Source of the DNA: a virus
Taxonomy: Duplodnaviria; Caudoviricetes
Length of the DNA: 64,000 nucleotides
Strand: one strand, 5' to 3'
IMG/VR virus record: IMGVR_UViG_2651869698_000005
Location: 1-64,000 of that record
Shown: positions 36,842 to 46,730 of the stretch, piece by piece
Position numbering within the stretch: position 1 is the stretch's first letter
Layout of the letters: every line of letters begins with the position of its first letter
Notes under the pieces: model-generated
What the model saw: only the letters and a program-made list of their open reading frames with translations
Databases searched by the model: none
What the model was told of the DNA's origin: nothing
Position numbers and translations under genes: made by a program

Positions 36842-37237
36842 GTGCGAACAACAGCCCTATTCCGCGTAACGACGGCCGCTGCGGCGTGCGCGATGATCCT
36901 CGCCGGATGCTCCTCCGGTGACGACGAGGCGGCGACATCGGCGGCTACGTCGGTGCAGAAGTGGTTCCCCCGTACCGCGACCGCAGCAGCCCCTGCCGTG
37001 CCGGCCGAGACGCCCGATGCTGCACCCGTCGAGGCTGTTTCGGGCGACGACAAGCAGGCTGACGTGTGCAATCAGGTCGCCGAGATCCGATCGTCGATGG
37101 CCCCGTTCAGTGACGGCGAGGTCTCCCAGCAGGAGGCGATCGAGGCGACGGTGAAGATGTATCAGGGCGCGGCGGTCGATGCGGGCGGTTCCGCAGCTGA
37201 CGTCGCCGAGGCCGTCGAGCTGGCCGGCAACTGCTAA
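36842..37237 (+). CDS. Lipoprotein
   Basis: Signal peptide with lipobox ILAG-C. Confidence 0.65.
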   Translation: MRTTALFRVTTAAAACAMILAGCSSGDDEAATSAATSVQKWFPRTATAAAPAVPAETPDAAPVEAVSGDDKQADVCNQVAEIRSSMAPFSDGEVSQQEAIEATVKMYQGAAVDAGGSAADVAEAVELAGNC

Positions 37238-37974
37238 GCGGCTTCGGCTACCGCTGACGCCTTATGTAGGGCGATGACGTCGCCGATGCGGTACATCGTC
37301 TCGCCGCCGGATCTGATGCCGGTGATCTTGCCTCGCTCGGCCCACTTGCGGATCGCTGACGCCTTGATCGGTCGGCCGGCGAAGTGGGGCAGGAACTTTT
37401 CGAGCTGGTACGGGGTGGCGACGTAGTCTTTCGCGGCCGCCAGTATGTCCTCGCGGGATTCGTCGACCGAGTACTTCGTCCCGCACGTACGGCACGACGT
37501 CGTCTCGGAGTCCTTGATGGCGTACAGGCCTCGGTCGCACTTGTTGCAGTGGCCGACGTAGACCCGCTCGAGGGGGCTGTCGATCGCCCGGCGAGCTTTG
37601 TCGGCTGCTCCCACGATCGCCGAGTAGATACCCTCGATCGACGGCGCATCGTCAGCAATGGACGGCAGGTGCCGGAACAGGAACTGCGACTTCGCCGCTG
37701 GGGTCTCGGGGGCCTTCTCGCCGACGACGATCGCGACCCGCAGGGCGTAGACCCGCAGAGCTTTCTCGAACGCGATCCGTACGTCCGACGCTGACTGATT
37801 GAACGGTACGACGCGGACGGTGTGGCCGGAGGAGCCTAGTCGCTCGGGGGCCATGCTGTCGGTGCGGGTGATCGTGATGTCGAGATCCTCGAGCCGGTCG
37901 GGTGCCTGCTCGAGGATCTTCATCAGGGTGCGGCGCTGCAGCTTGTCGAGGACTCCCGATGCAGGAGCGGTCAT
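37234..37974 (-). CDS. Zinc-ribbon + HTH DNA-binding protein (possible late regulator)
   Basis: YVGHCNKC...CRTCG, then IRKWAERGKI...YRIGDV. Confidence 0.7.
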   Translation of the reverse strand: MTAPASGVLDKLQRRTLMKILEQAPDRLEDLDITITRTDSMAPERLGSSGHTVRVVPFNQSASDVRIAFEKALRVYALRVAIVVGEKAPETPAAKSQFLFRHLPSIADDAPSIEGIYSAIVGAADKARRAIDSPLERVYVGHCNKCDRGLYAIKDSETTSCRTCGTKYSVDESREDILAAAKDYVATPYQLEKFLPHFAGRPIKASAIRKWAERGKITGIRSGGETMYRIGDVIALHKASAVAEAA

Positions 37975-38159
37975 CTGGCCGGTGTACCTACGGTCTTGAA
38001 CTTGACGTACCCGGCGCGCTGCAGGGCCATGATGACCGAGTGAGCTCGATCGAACTCCGACGGTTTGACGTTCGGGTGAACGGTCATCTCGGCGGAGCGG
38101 AGGGTCTGCATCACGTTGAGGATCGCGTCCCCGCGGGTTCTGTTGCCGGCCATGCCTGT

Positions 38160-38906
38160 CTATCCCTTTCGGAGACTGTCCCGGTGCGCTGCTGTGACGA
38201 CGGCGAGATCGTCGCCGATGAGCGCGCCCCTGACGGAACGTGTGGTGGTTTCGGCGTTCGCTTCCTGAACGCCTCTGATCGTCATGCACTGATGCGACGC
38301 GGTGATGATGACACACGCCCACATCGGATTGAGCTTGTCAACCAACGCGGAAACGATCTGATCGCCGATGCGTTCCTGTACCTGCAGGCGGCGTGCGTAG
38401 CCGTCGACGAGGCGGGCGAGCTTGGACAGTCCGACGACGTTCTGGCCGGGTGCTGCGCGGTAGGCGACGGTGGCGTAGCCGGTGAACGGAAGCAGGTGGT
38501 GTGCGCAGGTGGAGATCAGCCGGATGCCCGAAACGATCACCGGGCCAGGCTCGTTCGGTGCCGAGAAGGTCTTTTCGAGGTGGATGGACGGATCCTCGCC
38601 GTAGCCCTTGAGCATGGTGGTCCATGCCTTGGCGACGCGGTTGGGGGTGTCGGCGGTGTGGTCGCCTTCGTCGATGTTGAAGGCGGCGAGGAGATCTCCG
38701 ACGGCGGCGGCTGCGGCCTGCAGGTTGCTGGTGTACTCGGCCTGTGCGTCCTGCGCTGCGACCGCGTCCCGCGCTGCGAGTGCGGCGCGCTCGAGCTCGG
38801 CTTCGGCGTCGGCCTGGTCCATGACGCGGGCTGCCTCCTCGTAGGAGATGGGGCCGCGGAGCTTCGGCTGCGGGTCGGTGATCAGGTAGCCGGCGGGTGC
38901 GGTCAT
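38160..38906 (-). CDS. folE: GTP cyclohydrolase I
   Basis: DTPNRVAK, STCAHHLLPF, GLSKLARLV, RLQVQERI, HQCMTIRGV. Confidence 0.95.
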   Translation of the reverse strand: MTAPAGYLITDPQPKLRGPISYEEAARVMDQADAEAELERAALAARDAVAAQDAQAEYTSNLQAAAAAVGDLLAAFNIDEGDHTADTPNRVAKAWTTMLKGYGEDPSIHLEKTFSAPNEPGPVIVSGIRLISTCAHHLLPFTGYATVAYRAAPGQNVVGLSKLARLVDGYARRLQVQERIGDQIVSALVDKLNPMWACVIITASHQCMTIRGVQEANAETTTRSVRGALIGDDLAVVTAAHRDSLRKG

Positions 38907-38908
38907 GG

Positions 38909-39691
38909 TCAGGTTCCTTTCACGTCGCCGAAGGCGAGGACGTGGATGCGATGGGTGGCGTTGATGTGGAGATCTGCTGCTGTGCGGGCGATCTCGGGCC
39001 AGCGGGCCTGTAGTTCTTCGGTGCTGGTGCCGAGGGGCATCACCCAGGTCTGCGAGAGCGGCCAGTTGTGGTCGTTGGCGTAGTCGACGGCCTGGCGGAC
39101 ATCGTCGGCGTCGGCGACGACGAACTTGAGGGCGGCGTTGCGCTGCAGCGGCCAGCGGGCGTGGCCGGGAGCGGGGTCGGAGTTGACGAATGCGGACCAC
39201 AGCGGGGTCAGGGCGGCGTTGCGGCCGCGGTGATCTCCCGCGTTCGCCAGCTTCGGGGAGATCGAGGCATGGTCGACGTAGCGGCGGGTGACCGCGTTCG
39301 GGAAGATCGTGCCGTTCGTTTCGAGCTGGATCTCGCAGCCCTTCTCGGCGAGGCCCTTGAGCACGTACTCCCATGCCGGCCGACCCTGATGCAGGAGCGG
39401 TTCGCCGCCGGAGATGACCATGATGACGCCGGGCAGGGCGTCGTCGACGATCTGCTGCGCGGTCTTCGGCGGGCATTCGGCCTTGATGTCGAACCGTGTC
39501 GTGTCCCAGGTGTAGGGGGTGTCACACCAGCTGCAGGAGAGGTTGCACAGGCCGAAGCGCACGAACTGGACGAGGCGGCCGGCGAGGGGGCCTTCGCCCT
39601 GGATGGTGGGGCCGAACTGCTCGGACGTCGGGAGCGTCTGGCTGCCGGGGTTGTACCGGCGGAGTTCGAGTCCGAGGTCGACGGCGGTCAC
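38909..39691 (-). CDS. queE: 7-carboxy-7-deazaguanine synthase (radical SAM)
   Basis: TIQGEG, CNLSCSWCDT, SGGEPLL, ETNGT, SPKL. Confidence 0.93.
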   Translation of the reverse strand: MTAVDLGLELRRYNPGSQTLPTSEQFGPTIQGEGPLAGRLVQFVRFGLCNLSCSWCDTPYTWDTTRFDIKAECPPKTAQQIVDDALPGVIMVISGGEPLLHQGRPAWEYVLKGLAEKGCEIQLETNGTIFPNAVTRRYVDHASISPKLANAGDHRGRNAALTPLWSAFVNSDPAPGHARWPLQRNAALKFVVADADDVRQAVDYANDHNWPLSQTWVMPLGTSTEELQARWPEIARTAADLHINATHRIHVLAFGDVKGT

Positions 39692-40104
39692 CGGACCCAC
39701 GTCGCTGCGTTGACTCGGGTCTCCTGGACGTGGCACTTCACGAGCTCGAGGTCGGGCAGAAGGAAGACGGCGATGTCGGCCAGCTTCTCCGCCAGCGCCT
39801 CGGTCGTCGGATGATCCTCGAGGAACAGCACTTTCATGCCGTGCTCCTCGAGGAATTCGCCGACGAAGTCACCCCGCTTGACCACGAACCCGTGGTCGAG
39901 GTGCTCGTCGACCCAACCTCGCAGCTCGGACTTGATATTCGAGAACTCGGCACCGTTGCCGGCCGCGACGTCGGGGACCGCGAAGGTCCACTCGATCCAG
40001 AAGCTGTGGCCGTGGACGTTGCCGCACTTCGCGCCGCCGCCGGGCAGGCCGGGGATGCGGTGGGCGGTCTCGGCGTTATGGGAAACCGTTATTTGGAGTG
40101 TCAC
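39688..40104 (-). CDS. queD: 6-carboxy-tetrahydropterin synthase
   Basis: AHRI...CGNVHGHS, LDHG, PTTEALA, VQET. Confidence 0.92.
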   Translation of the reverse strand: MTLQITVSHNAETAHRIPGLPGGGAKCGNVHGHSFWIEWTFAVPDVAAGNGAEFSNIKSELRGWVDEHLDHGFVVKRGDFVGEFLEEHGMKVLFLEDHPTTEALAEKLADIAVFLLPDLELVKCHVQETRVNAATWVR

Positions 40105-40705
40105 TCTTGCGTGAATCCTCTCGCTTATGGAGTGCCCGATGACATGTCTCGTGCAGCGTCAGGCCGTTGTCGACGTCATATCGGGCTTCGGGGTGTGTCG
40201 CCCACCGGAGGATGTGGTGGGCGTGGAGATGACCGCCACGCTGGCCGCATTCACGGCAGGTGTAGTCGTCTCGCTGAAAGACTGCGGTGCGCCAATCTTT
40301 GTAGCGGTGATCGGCGTTGTGCTTGTCACGCTGGGGCTTGCGGGGTACGTCGACCCATCGCTCGCGGTTACCGTTGCGACGTTTGGCGCGTTCCTCTTCG
40401 GCGCGGTCGCCGTAGCGTTCCTCGTAGGATCCTGAGACGCCCGCTCCGATGGCGGCGCGATGCTCGGCGGATAGAGTCTTGCCTTCCATCCATTTGCCGT
40501 AGCCGCCAGCAATGGCTCGGTCGGATCGGCGCTGACGCTCATCAGGGTCGTTACCGGCCTTGATGGACGCCTCGCGAACCTTCTCGATCGTCTCGGGTGA
40601 GAGCTTCTTACCGGTCATCCACTTGCCGTAACCGCGCTCTAATGCGATGCGGCGCATCTTCTCTCGGTATTCGGCGAGCTTCTCAGGATCCTTGGGAGGC
40701 GGCAT
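40076..40705 (-). CDS. HNH homing endonuclease with NUMOD3-like repeats
   Basis: GKKLSPETIEKV and GKTLSAEHRAAI repeats; WRTAVFQRDDYTCREC...HAHHI...DNGLTLHETCH. Confidence 0.85.
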   Translation of the reverse strand: MPPPKDPEKLAEYREKMRRIALERGYGKWMTGKKLSPETIEKVREASIKAGNDPDERQRRSDRAIAGGYGKWMEGKTLSAEHRAAIGAGVSGSYEERYGDRAEEERAKRRNGNRERWVDVPRKPQRDKHNADHRYKDWRTAVFQRDDYTCRECGQRGGHLHAHHILRWATHPEARYDVDNGLTLHETCHRALHKREDSRKSDTPNNGFP

Positions 40706-40715
40706 GTCTCAGTAT

Positions 40716-41429
40716 CTAGCGGCCCTTCTCTTCGATCACGTCGCGCCAGAACTGCGGATCCTTGTACACAGTCGGATCGGTGACGCCAGCTTCATCGAAG
40801 GCGGCCGCGCGCTCGACGCAGGTGCCGCAGCGGCCGCAGTGGCCGGCAGCGTCGCCCTCGTAGCAGGACCAGGTCAGGGCGTAGGGGACGCCGAGCTTGA
40901 AGCCGAGGGCGGCGATCTGGGCTTTGGTGATGGCGACGAAGGGGGCGACGATCTCGACGCCGCAGCCGAGCTGGGAGGCCTCGGAGATCGCGGTGATGAA
41001 CTCGGGGCGGCAGTCGGCGTAGACGGCGTGGTCGCCTGCGTGAACGGCCGTCACGACCGAGGTGTGGCCGCGGCTGGCTGCGATGCCGGCTGCTGCCATC
41101 AGCATGGTGGCGTTGCGGTTCGGTACGACGGTGATCGCCATGTTGTCGTCGGCGTAGTGGCCGTGCGGGACGTCGACCTCGTCGCGGGTCAGCGCGGACT
41201 TGACCGATGCGCCGAACGTGGTGAGGTCGAGGCGTGTCAGGGGTACGCCGTAGTGTGCGGCGACCTTCTGAGCGGACTGGTACTCGACGATGTGCCGCTG
41301 ACCGTAGTCGACGAAGACGGCGGAGGCTTCGACGATGCGATCGGGGTCGTTGGGGTCGATGAGCGCGTTGGCGAGCGCAGTGGAGGAGTCCATGCCGCCG
41401 GAGAGCAGGACGAGGGGTGAGTACGTCAC
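40716..41429 (-). CDS. queC: 7-cyano-7-deazaguanine synthase
   Basis: LLSGGMDS, DYGQRH, VPNRN, YADCRPEF, TWSCY...HCGRCGTC. Confidence 0.95.
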   Translation of the reverse strand: MTYSPLVLLSGGMDSSTALANALIDPNDPDRIVEASAVFVDYGQRHIVEYQSAQKVAAHYGVPLTRLDLTTFGASVKSALTRDEVDVPHGHYADDNMAITVVPNRNATMLMAAAGIAASRGHTSVVTAVHAGDHAVYADCRPEFITAISEASQLGCGVEIVAPFVAITKAQIAALGFKLGVPYALTWSCYEGDAAGHCGRCGTCVERAAAFDEAGVTDPTVYKDPQFWRDVIEEKGR

Positions 41430-41544
41430 GGTGTGGGGCCTTTCGGGGCGTAGGCGTCCGCGTAGGCGGCTGCCAGGGGCGTGTGAGTGGCGCTGATTGC
41501 GATCAGACCGGCCATCACGGCCCGGCCGATACGTCTGAGTAGGG

Positions 41545-42723
41545 TCACGCGGATCTCTCCTCGAGGAGGCCTGTCAGGCCGTTCGTTTCGGTGTCGCGGG
41601 CAGTGGTCGCCAGGTGCATGTGTGGGCCGTTGGCGTCACGGGCGCGTTCGAGGTCTTCGGCGGCCGACGATGCGAGGTGCAGGTGCGGGCCGTCCTCCTG
41701 GCGGACCATCGGGGCGATGACCTCACCCTGATCGGACTTGATCGCCATGTGCTGGTGCGGGCCAGCCTCGGCGGACATCTGCTCGAGGTACGGGGTCGCC
41801 GTCGATGCCATGTGCATGTGCGGGCCGTCGACCTTCTTGTCGGCGAGGAAGTCGAGCTGCGTGTTACCCGACGCCCCAGCGACGATGTGCTGATGCGGCC
41901 CATCAGCCGGGGTCGGTACGGGCGCGTCGACGAGGATCCGAGATCCCCAAACCGGCGCGGAGATAACAGGATGCATCTTGCGCATACGCATCTCGGCCAC
42001 CGACGCCGACAGCGCGCAGGCCCGGACTACATCGGCCCTATTCGCGCCCGACGAGGTAGCGATCGCCGACGGGTTGATGCCGTAGTGATCACGCAGGATC
42101 CGCGCGGGCTCGGGATGGTAGGCATCCTTGCCGTTGAGGGCGATCTTGATGTCCCGCTTCGACGTCGGGTCGGAGACGGTGAGGCGGCCGAACATCATGC
42201 CGGCCGCCCAGCCACTCGAGTCGACGGAGAAGAACGGGGCGCGGATCAGCTGCGGGGCGGTGACACCCCAGCCGTGGAAGCGCATCGCCGGCCAGTTGTC
42301 GCGGGCGTACCGCATGACCTGGACGATCCAGCGGAGCAGCTTGTCCTTCGACGACTTGTGGCCGACCATGCCGCCGAGCCCGACGAAGTCGACGCCACGC
42401 TGACCGTAGTAGTCGAGATCGGTCGGGGGAGCGCCGAAGTGGATCGTCGGGACGGCTTCGATGCCGTGGATGTCGACCAGCTCGTGCCAGTTCTTTCGGG
42501 TGCCGGCCGCGTCGCCGATGACGTCGAGGGAGGCGACCCAGGCGAGGCGGTGCGACCATTGGCGGGCCCAGCCTGCGAGATCTTTCGGGGTGATGGTGAC
42601 GCCCTGGCTGGCGGCCGAGAAGGCACCGGAGTCGCCGATCAGACGGAGGCCGGCAAGCCGATCGAGGTTGTACTTGGAGAAGTAGTGGAACGAGACCAGT
42701 GCGTTCCTCGGTGCCGGGATCAC
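41545..42723 (-). CDS. dpdA: DpdA-like (TGT-fold) DNA guanine transglycosylase with C-terminal His-rich repeats
   Basis: DSGAFS, LDVIGD, PTIH, GLGG, FHGWG, VDSSGW motifs; embedded in the preQ0 cluster. Confidence 0.8.
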   Translation of the reverse strand: MIPAPRNALVSFHYFSKYNLDRLAGLRLIGDSGAFSAASQGVTITPKDLAGWARQWSHRLAWVASLDVIGDAAGTRKNWHELVDIHGIEAVPTIHFGAPPTDLDYYGQRGVDFVGLGGMVGHKSSKDKLLRWIVQVMRYARDNWPAMRFHGWGVTAPQLIRAPFFSVDSSGWAAGMMFGRLTVSDPTSKRDIKIALNGKDAYHPEPARILRDHYGINPSAIATSSGANRADVVRACALSASVAEMRMRKMHPVISAPVWGSRILVDAPVPTPADGPHQHIVAGASGNTQLDFLADKKVDGPHMHMASTATPYLEQMSAEAGPHQHMAIKSDQGEVIAPMVRQEDGPHLHLASSAAEDLERARDANGPHMHLATTARDTETNGLTGLLEERSA

Positions 42724-43307
42724 TGCTCGAGGAGACTCAGGAGCGCGCTGTCGTCGTCCGAGTAGTTCTTGCGGTGATCGGTCCAGGCCCGCTTGGTGTC
42801 GGGGTCGATCTTGAACGAGAGGTTGACCAGCGCGTCCTCTTCGGTGGGGTCGCCGACTTCGTCGAGCAGATCGTCGAGTGACGGTGCGCCGCCGACGATC
42901 TCCTCGAGGGCGGTGATGTCGCCCTGGTCGTAGCCGGTGCCGTCGAGATCGGGCAGATCGGCGAGCAGCTCGAGGAGCAGCCGGTCGTCGAACGAGCCCT
43001 TCTCGGAGGACCGGTTGTCGATCAGGACGATGCGATCGGCGCGGTCGTCGTCGACGTCGACGAAGTGGATGAGCGGGTTCTGCCACTTGTCCTCGTCGGG
43101 GAAGTTCTCGGCCAGATCACGCAGGGCCTTGAGGGTGTGGTTGCCCTTGAGCACCTCGTTCGGGCGGCCGGTGTAGGTGCCCTTGTTGACGACGATCGGC
43201 ACGTACTGGCCGTTGGCGCGGAGGCTGGCGTAGATGGCGGCGACGTCGCCCTTGCGGGGGTTCTTGTGGAAGAGGTTGAGGTCGGAGATCGGCAGGGTCT
43301 CGGGCAT
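42720..43307 (-). CDS. ParB-like N-terminal domain protein
   Basis: NPRKGDV..I..SL...GQYVPIVVN...VLKGNHTLKA...DNR. Confidence 0.85.
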   Translation of the reverse strand: MPETLPISDLNLFHKNPRKGDVAAIYASLRANGQYVPIVVNKGTYTGRPNEVLKGNHTLKALRDLAENFPDEDKWQNPLIHFVDVDDDRADRIVLIDNRSSEKGSFDDRLLLELLADLPDLDGTGYDQGDITALEEIVGGAPSLDDLLDEVGDPTEEDALVNLSFKIDPDTKRAWTDHRKNYSDDDSALLSLLEQ

Positions 43308-43321
43308 CAGGGGTGGGTTCC

Positions 43322-43843
43322 TTACGGGTAGACGGTGCGCAGGAAGTCGTGCTGCACCTTGAGATGTCGGGCGTCGGCGAGGGCGTTGTGGAGGCCGGCG
43401 GGCTGCTTGGGGAGTACGGGGTTGCCGAGGCGGTGCTGCTCTTGGCGGAGGTCGTTGGTCCACATCGGGACGAAGTCGGGGAGGTCGAGCATCGTGCCGA
43501 ACAGTTGCGCGAGGGCGATGTGGTCGTACGCGCCGTACCAGGCCCAGAGTTCGGGGCCGCCGCGTACGTGGATGCGTGGCCCTTCGGGGGTGCTGATCTC
43601 GGCGAGCGGGGCGAGGAACAGCTGAACCTCTTGCGCGATCCAGTACTTCGGGGTGCCGTACTGCTTGAGGTCGAGCTGCGGGACGACATTGTCGGCGAGC
43701 CATTGGTGGCGGTTGATGCGGTCGTAGTCGGCGTCGAGGTTCTCGGCGTAGTACTCGCGGCCGTCTTCGGCGACGATGCCGATGGAGATCAGCTCGATCG
43801 TGCGGCCGTCCTCGAGGAACTCGGTGTCGTACCAGTACCGCAT
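43322..43843 (-). CDS. DEDDh 3'-5' exoribonuclease (RNase AS-like)
   Basis: YDTEFLEDG..IELISIG, WAWYGAYDH, HNALADA. Confidence 0.85.
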   Translation of the reverse strand: MRYWYDTEFLEDGRTIELISIGIVAEDGREYYAENLDADYDRINRHQWLADNVVPQLDLKQYGTPKYWIAQEVQLFLAPLAEISTPEGPRIHVRGGPELWAWYGAYDHIALAQLFGTMLDLPDFVPMWTNDLRQEQHRLGNPVLPKQPAGLHNALADARHLKVQHDFLRTVYP

Positions 43844-44052
43844 CAGGTCCGCCGCTTGCGTCGATCAACGAAGTCGAGGATCGCCAGGCCGACCGAGGCG
43901 GTCAGCTTGACCGATGCCCAGAGGATGAAGATGACGGCCGGCACGACCCACAGGGGCGCGGTGACGGCCCACCAGGACCAGTCGACGAAGCCGGTCAGCT
44001 TGAGCACGAGAAAGATCAGGAACAGGGGTGTGGTGAGGCCGATTCGCATCAT
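43843..44052 (-). CDS. Small membrane protein
   Basis: LIFLVLKLTGFVDWSWWAVTAPLW. Confidence 0.7.
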   Translation of the reverse strand: MMRIGLTTPLFLIFLVLKLTGFVDWSWWAVTAPLWVVPAVIFILWASVKLTASVGLAILDFVDRRKRRT

Positions 44053-44318
44053 GCTGCGGCCGCCGATCGTGCGTCGCCGATAGCCTCGCGCGCGCCGGCG
44101 ATGGCCTGACGTTCGTCGATGACGGCCTGGCGGACGAAGCAGTCCTTCGCCTCGAGCAGCTTGCGGAGGCCGGTCGTCAGCTCGGGGCCGCCGCCGAGGT
44201 TCTCGGCCATGTAGGTGGCGGCTTCGGCCATCTCCTGCGAGATGATCTGCAGGTGCGGCGGTAGGTGCTTGTACTCGAACAGGTCGAGGAGATGCTGAGT
44301 GCCGGGGTGGTGTGCCAT
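44049..44318 (-). CDS. Small helical hairpin protein
   Basis: FEYKHLPPHLQ...GPELTTGLRKLLEAKDCFVR. Confidence 0.7.
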   Translation of the reverse strand: MAHHPGTQHLLDLFEYKHLPPHLQIISQEMAEAATYMAENLGGGPELTTGLRKLLEAKDCFVRQAVIDERQAIAGAREAIGDARSAAAA

Positions 44319-46223
44319 GTGGGTGCTACCTCTGTTCGTTGGTGTGGAGGACGATCGGCTGCTCGGCCGGCAGGCCCCACGGGCGGGCGTACGCCTTCGG
44401 CTGCTGAGGCGGTGTGCGCTCGACGTGGGTGAGCACCAGGTCGTAGCCGAGACGTGCGGCGAGCTTCGTTGCGTCCCCGATGGTTTGATCGGGATGCAGA
44501 GCGGAGGCCAGTGCAGTCGCATCCCGAAAGGCCTTGTCGAGCGGCATCAGCTTGTGGCCGGCGGTGTACTTGTAGTTGACGCCATGCTTGGTTGCCATCA
44601 GGGGTCTACTTTCGGTGGTGTCTCGGGCGGCGTTGCGCGGCAACGTCGATCAGCCAGGGATTCGGGGCGGCCGCGGTACGCACGGACTTCTCCATCTCGC
44701 GGACGGAGCGCATCGTGTCGATCATCGCGTCGGCCAGCTCGGCGAACGCGCGGTCGATCACGCGCGAATCCTGTCGATCTGATCGGCTGTAGCGCAGATG
44801 AATGCGCCGATGTAGGCGAGGGCGATGACGAGCAGGGGTGGCATCCAGAGCGGCGCGGCGATGACGTAGAACGGTAGGGAGATCCAGTCGAGCCAGGCCC
44901 CGATGCCGAGGCAGCCGAAGAGGATCCAGCCGAACAGGCGCAGCTCGCGGTACGCGTTCTCGGAGGGCGTCAGCATGGCTTCACCGTGCAGACCGCGCCG
45001 GGGTGGGCGACCTCGTAGGTGTCGGCCCATGCTTTCGCTCGCCAGGCGGTGTCGGTGATGTGGAGGGTTCGGCCGGCACTCCACACGCAGAACCTCTGCC
45101 GGTTGGGGACGGCCGGGGCGGTCACAGGATGTCGTCCAGCCATTGCAGGGTGATCACGAAGATGATCGAGTCGAGGATTGACGATCCGATGGCACGGAAC
45201 GGTTTACGGCGGCGACTCATGCTGGTTTCGTCCACTTCTGTTCGTCGATGCGGGCGATGAGGCGGTAGTGCCGGCTGCCGAAGGCGTAGTCCTGATCGAG
45301 GGTGACGTTGACGACCTGCTCGGGGGTGTGGAATGCGACGATGTCGGCGAGGTTGCGGTCATCCGATGATGCGAGCAGGTTCCAGTCGCGGTCCCAGACG
45401 CGAACGAGGACGGGATCGCTGACTGGTTCGCTGATGCCGAGCAGTCGACGTAGGAGACGTTTCAGCATGTCGTCGACTCCCAGGTCGCACCCGACGGATC
45501 GGTGTGCAGGGTGGCGTGGCCGACCTCGAGTGAGCAGTCGACACGCCATTGCGTGGCCGTCGTGTTCAGATGATCGGGCCCACAGGACAGGGGGGCCTGG
45601 ACGTTGCGGAAGGCGGGGCATTCGAGCTCGGGCTTGCCGCGGCCATCGTTGGCGGGATGGTTCGGTACATCGACGGCGCTCATGCTGCTGCCAGCCCAGC
45701 TGCCAGCTCGGGGTTCACGCCGAGGAACTCGAGGAGGGCGGCGCGCACATCGCGGGGGAGGTCGCGCAGAGCGGGTTGCGTTGCGGTGGTTGACGACTGG
45801 CCGGCACGCTTGAGTTCGATTGACCAACCATCCTCGACATCGAAGTGGAGATGTGTCACCTCGTACTGCGCGCGTGCCGGCCGAACAGGCTCGAATGCGT
45901 CACCCGGCGCGTAGCCCTGGAAGAGGTCGCTCATCGGCTTGAGTCGGGTGTTGATCGAGGTCACTGTTGCCGTCATGGCGATGATTGTTGCGGCGGCCGT
46001 TCGGATTTGACTATCTCGACCAACAGGTTGTCCCGGCCGTATTGGTCCCGTGCGATGTCCCGTCAGATCAGCGGGCGCGGGCAGAGGTGGAGATGCCGGA
46101 GGAGGGGGCCGTTGACTTCGCCGTAGCAGCGGGGGCAGATCACCCAGCCGATGACGCCTCCGACTGCTCGGGCGTAGGAGAGGCGTTGTCGGGCTCGGCG
46201 TCGGATCCAGCGGCTGACGAGCG

Positions 46224-46730
46224 TCATGCCGCCCGGCCGCCGTGCGCCAGGGGCAGATACTGGGCCATCGTTTTCAACTTCTCGAGCTCGGCCGAGGTCG
46301 CCTCGCGAGCCTTGACCGTCGAGTACCGGTCGTCGAACTTCGGGTGCTCATCCATGAACGTCGCCAGGGCGATCGCGTGCCAGGCGACAGCGATGATGTG
46401 CTTCGAGCCGGTCTCCTCGTCGAAGTCCTCGCCGTCGGCGAACTGGCCGAGATGCCGCTGCAGGGCGTCGAGGGACTTGCTCCATTCGTAGCCGAGTCGC
46501 CAGTTGTTGTCGGCGTACTTCTGACTGCCTCGGCCGTAATGCTCGGCGAGCTCACGGAGGGCTGCGGCGGGGATCAGGCTGTACCGGGCCAGCTTGGTTC
46601 CCTTTTCGCCGCCGGTGGCCGAGACGGAGCGGACCTCTCCGTCGTCGAAGCGGACCTCGCCGGTGTCGAACTTCTCGGGGTGCGTTGCGGGGGTGCGGGC
46701 TTCGCGGAGCGGGGTGACGGTGGCGGTCAT
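46224..46730 (-). CDS. dATP/dGTP diphosphohydrolase-like protein (DUF5664)
   Basis: RYSLIP...GSQKYADNNWRLG...DALQRHL...HIIAVAWHA. Confidence 0.8.
   Translation of the reverse strand: MTATVTPLREARTPATHPEKFDTGEVRFDDGEVRSVSATGGEKGTKLARYSLIPAAALRELAEHYGRGSQKYADNNWRLGYEWSKSLDALQRHLGQFADGEDFDEETGSKHIIAVAWHAIALATFMDEHPKFDDRYSTVKAREATSAELEKLKTMAQYLPLAHGGRAA

Noticed and set aside
42720-43307. ParB as evidence of a plasmid-prophage partition system
   Set aside because: No ParA or parS array is visible, and the gene is coupled to the dpdA-like gene, a context typical of DNA-modification loci.
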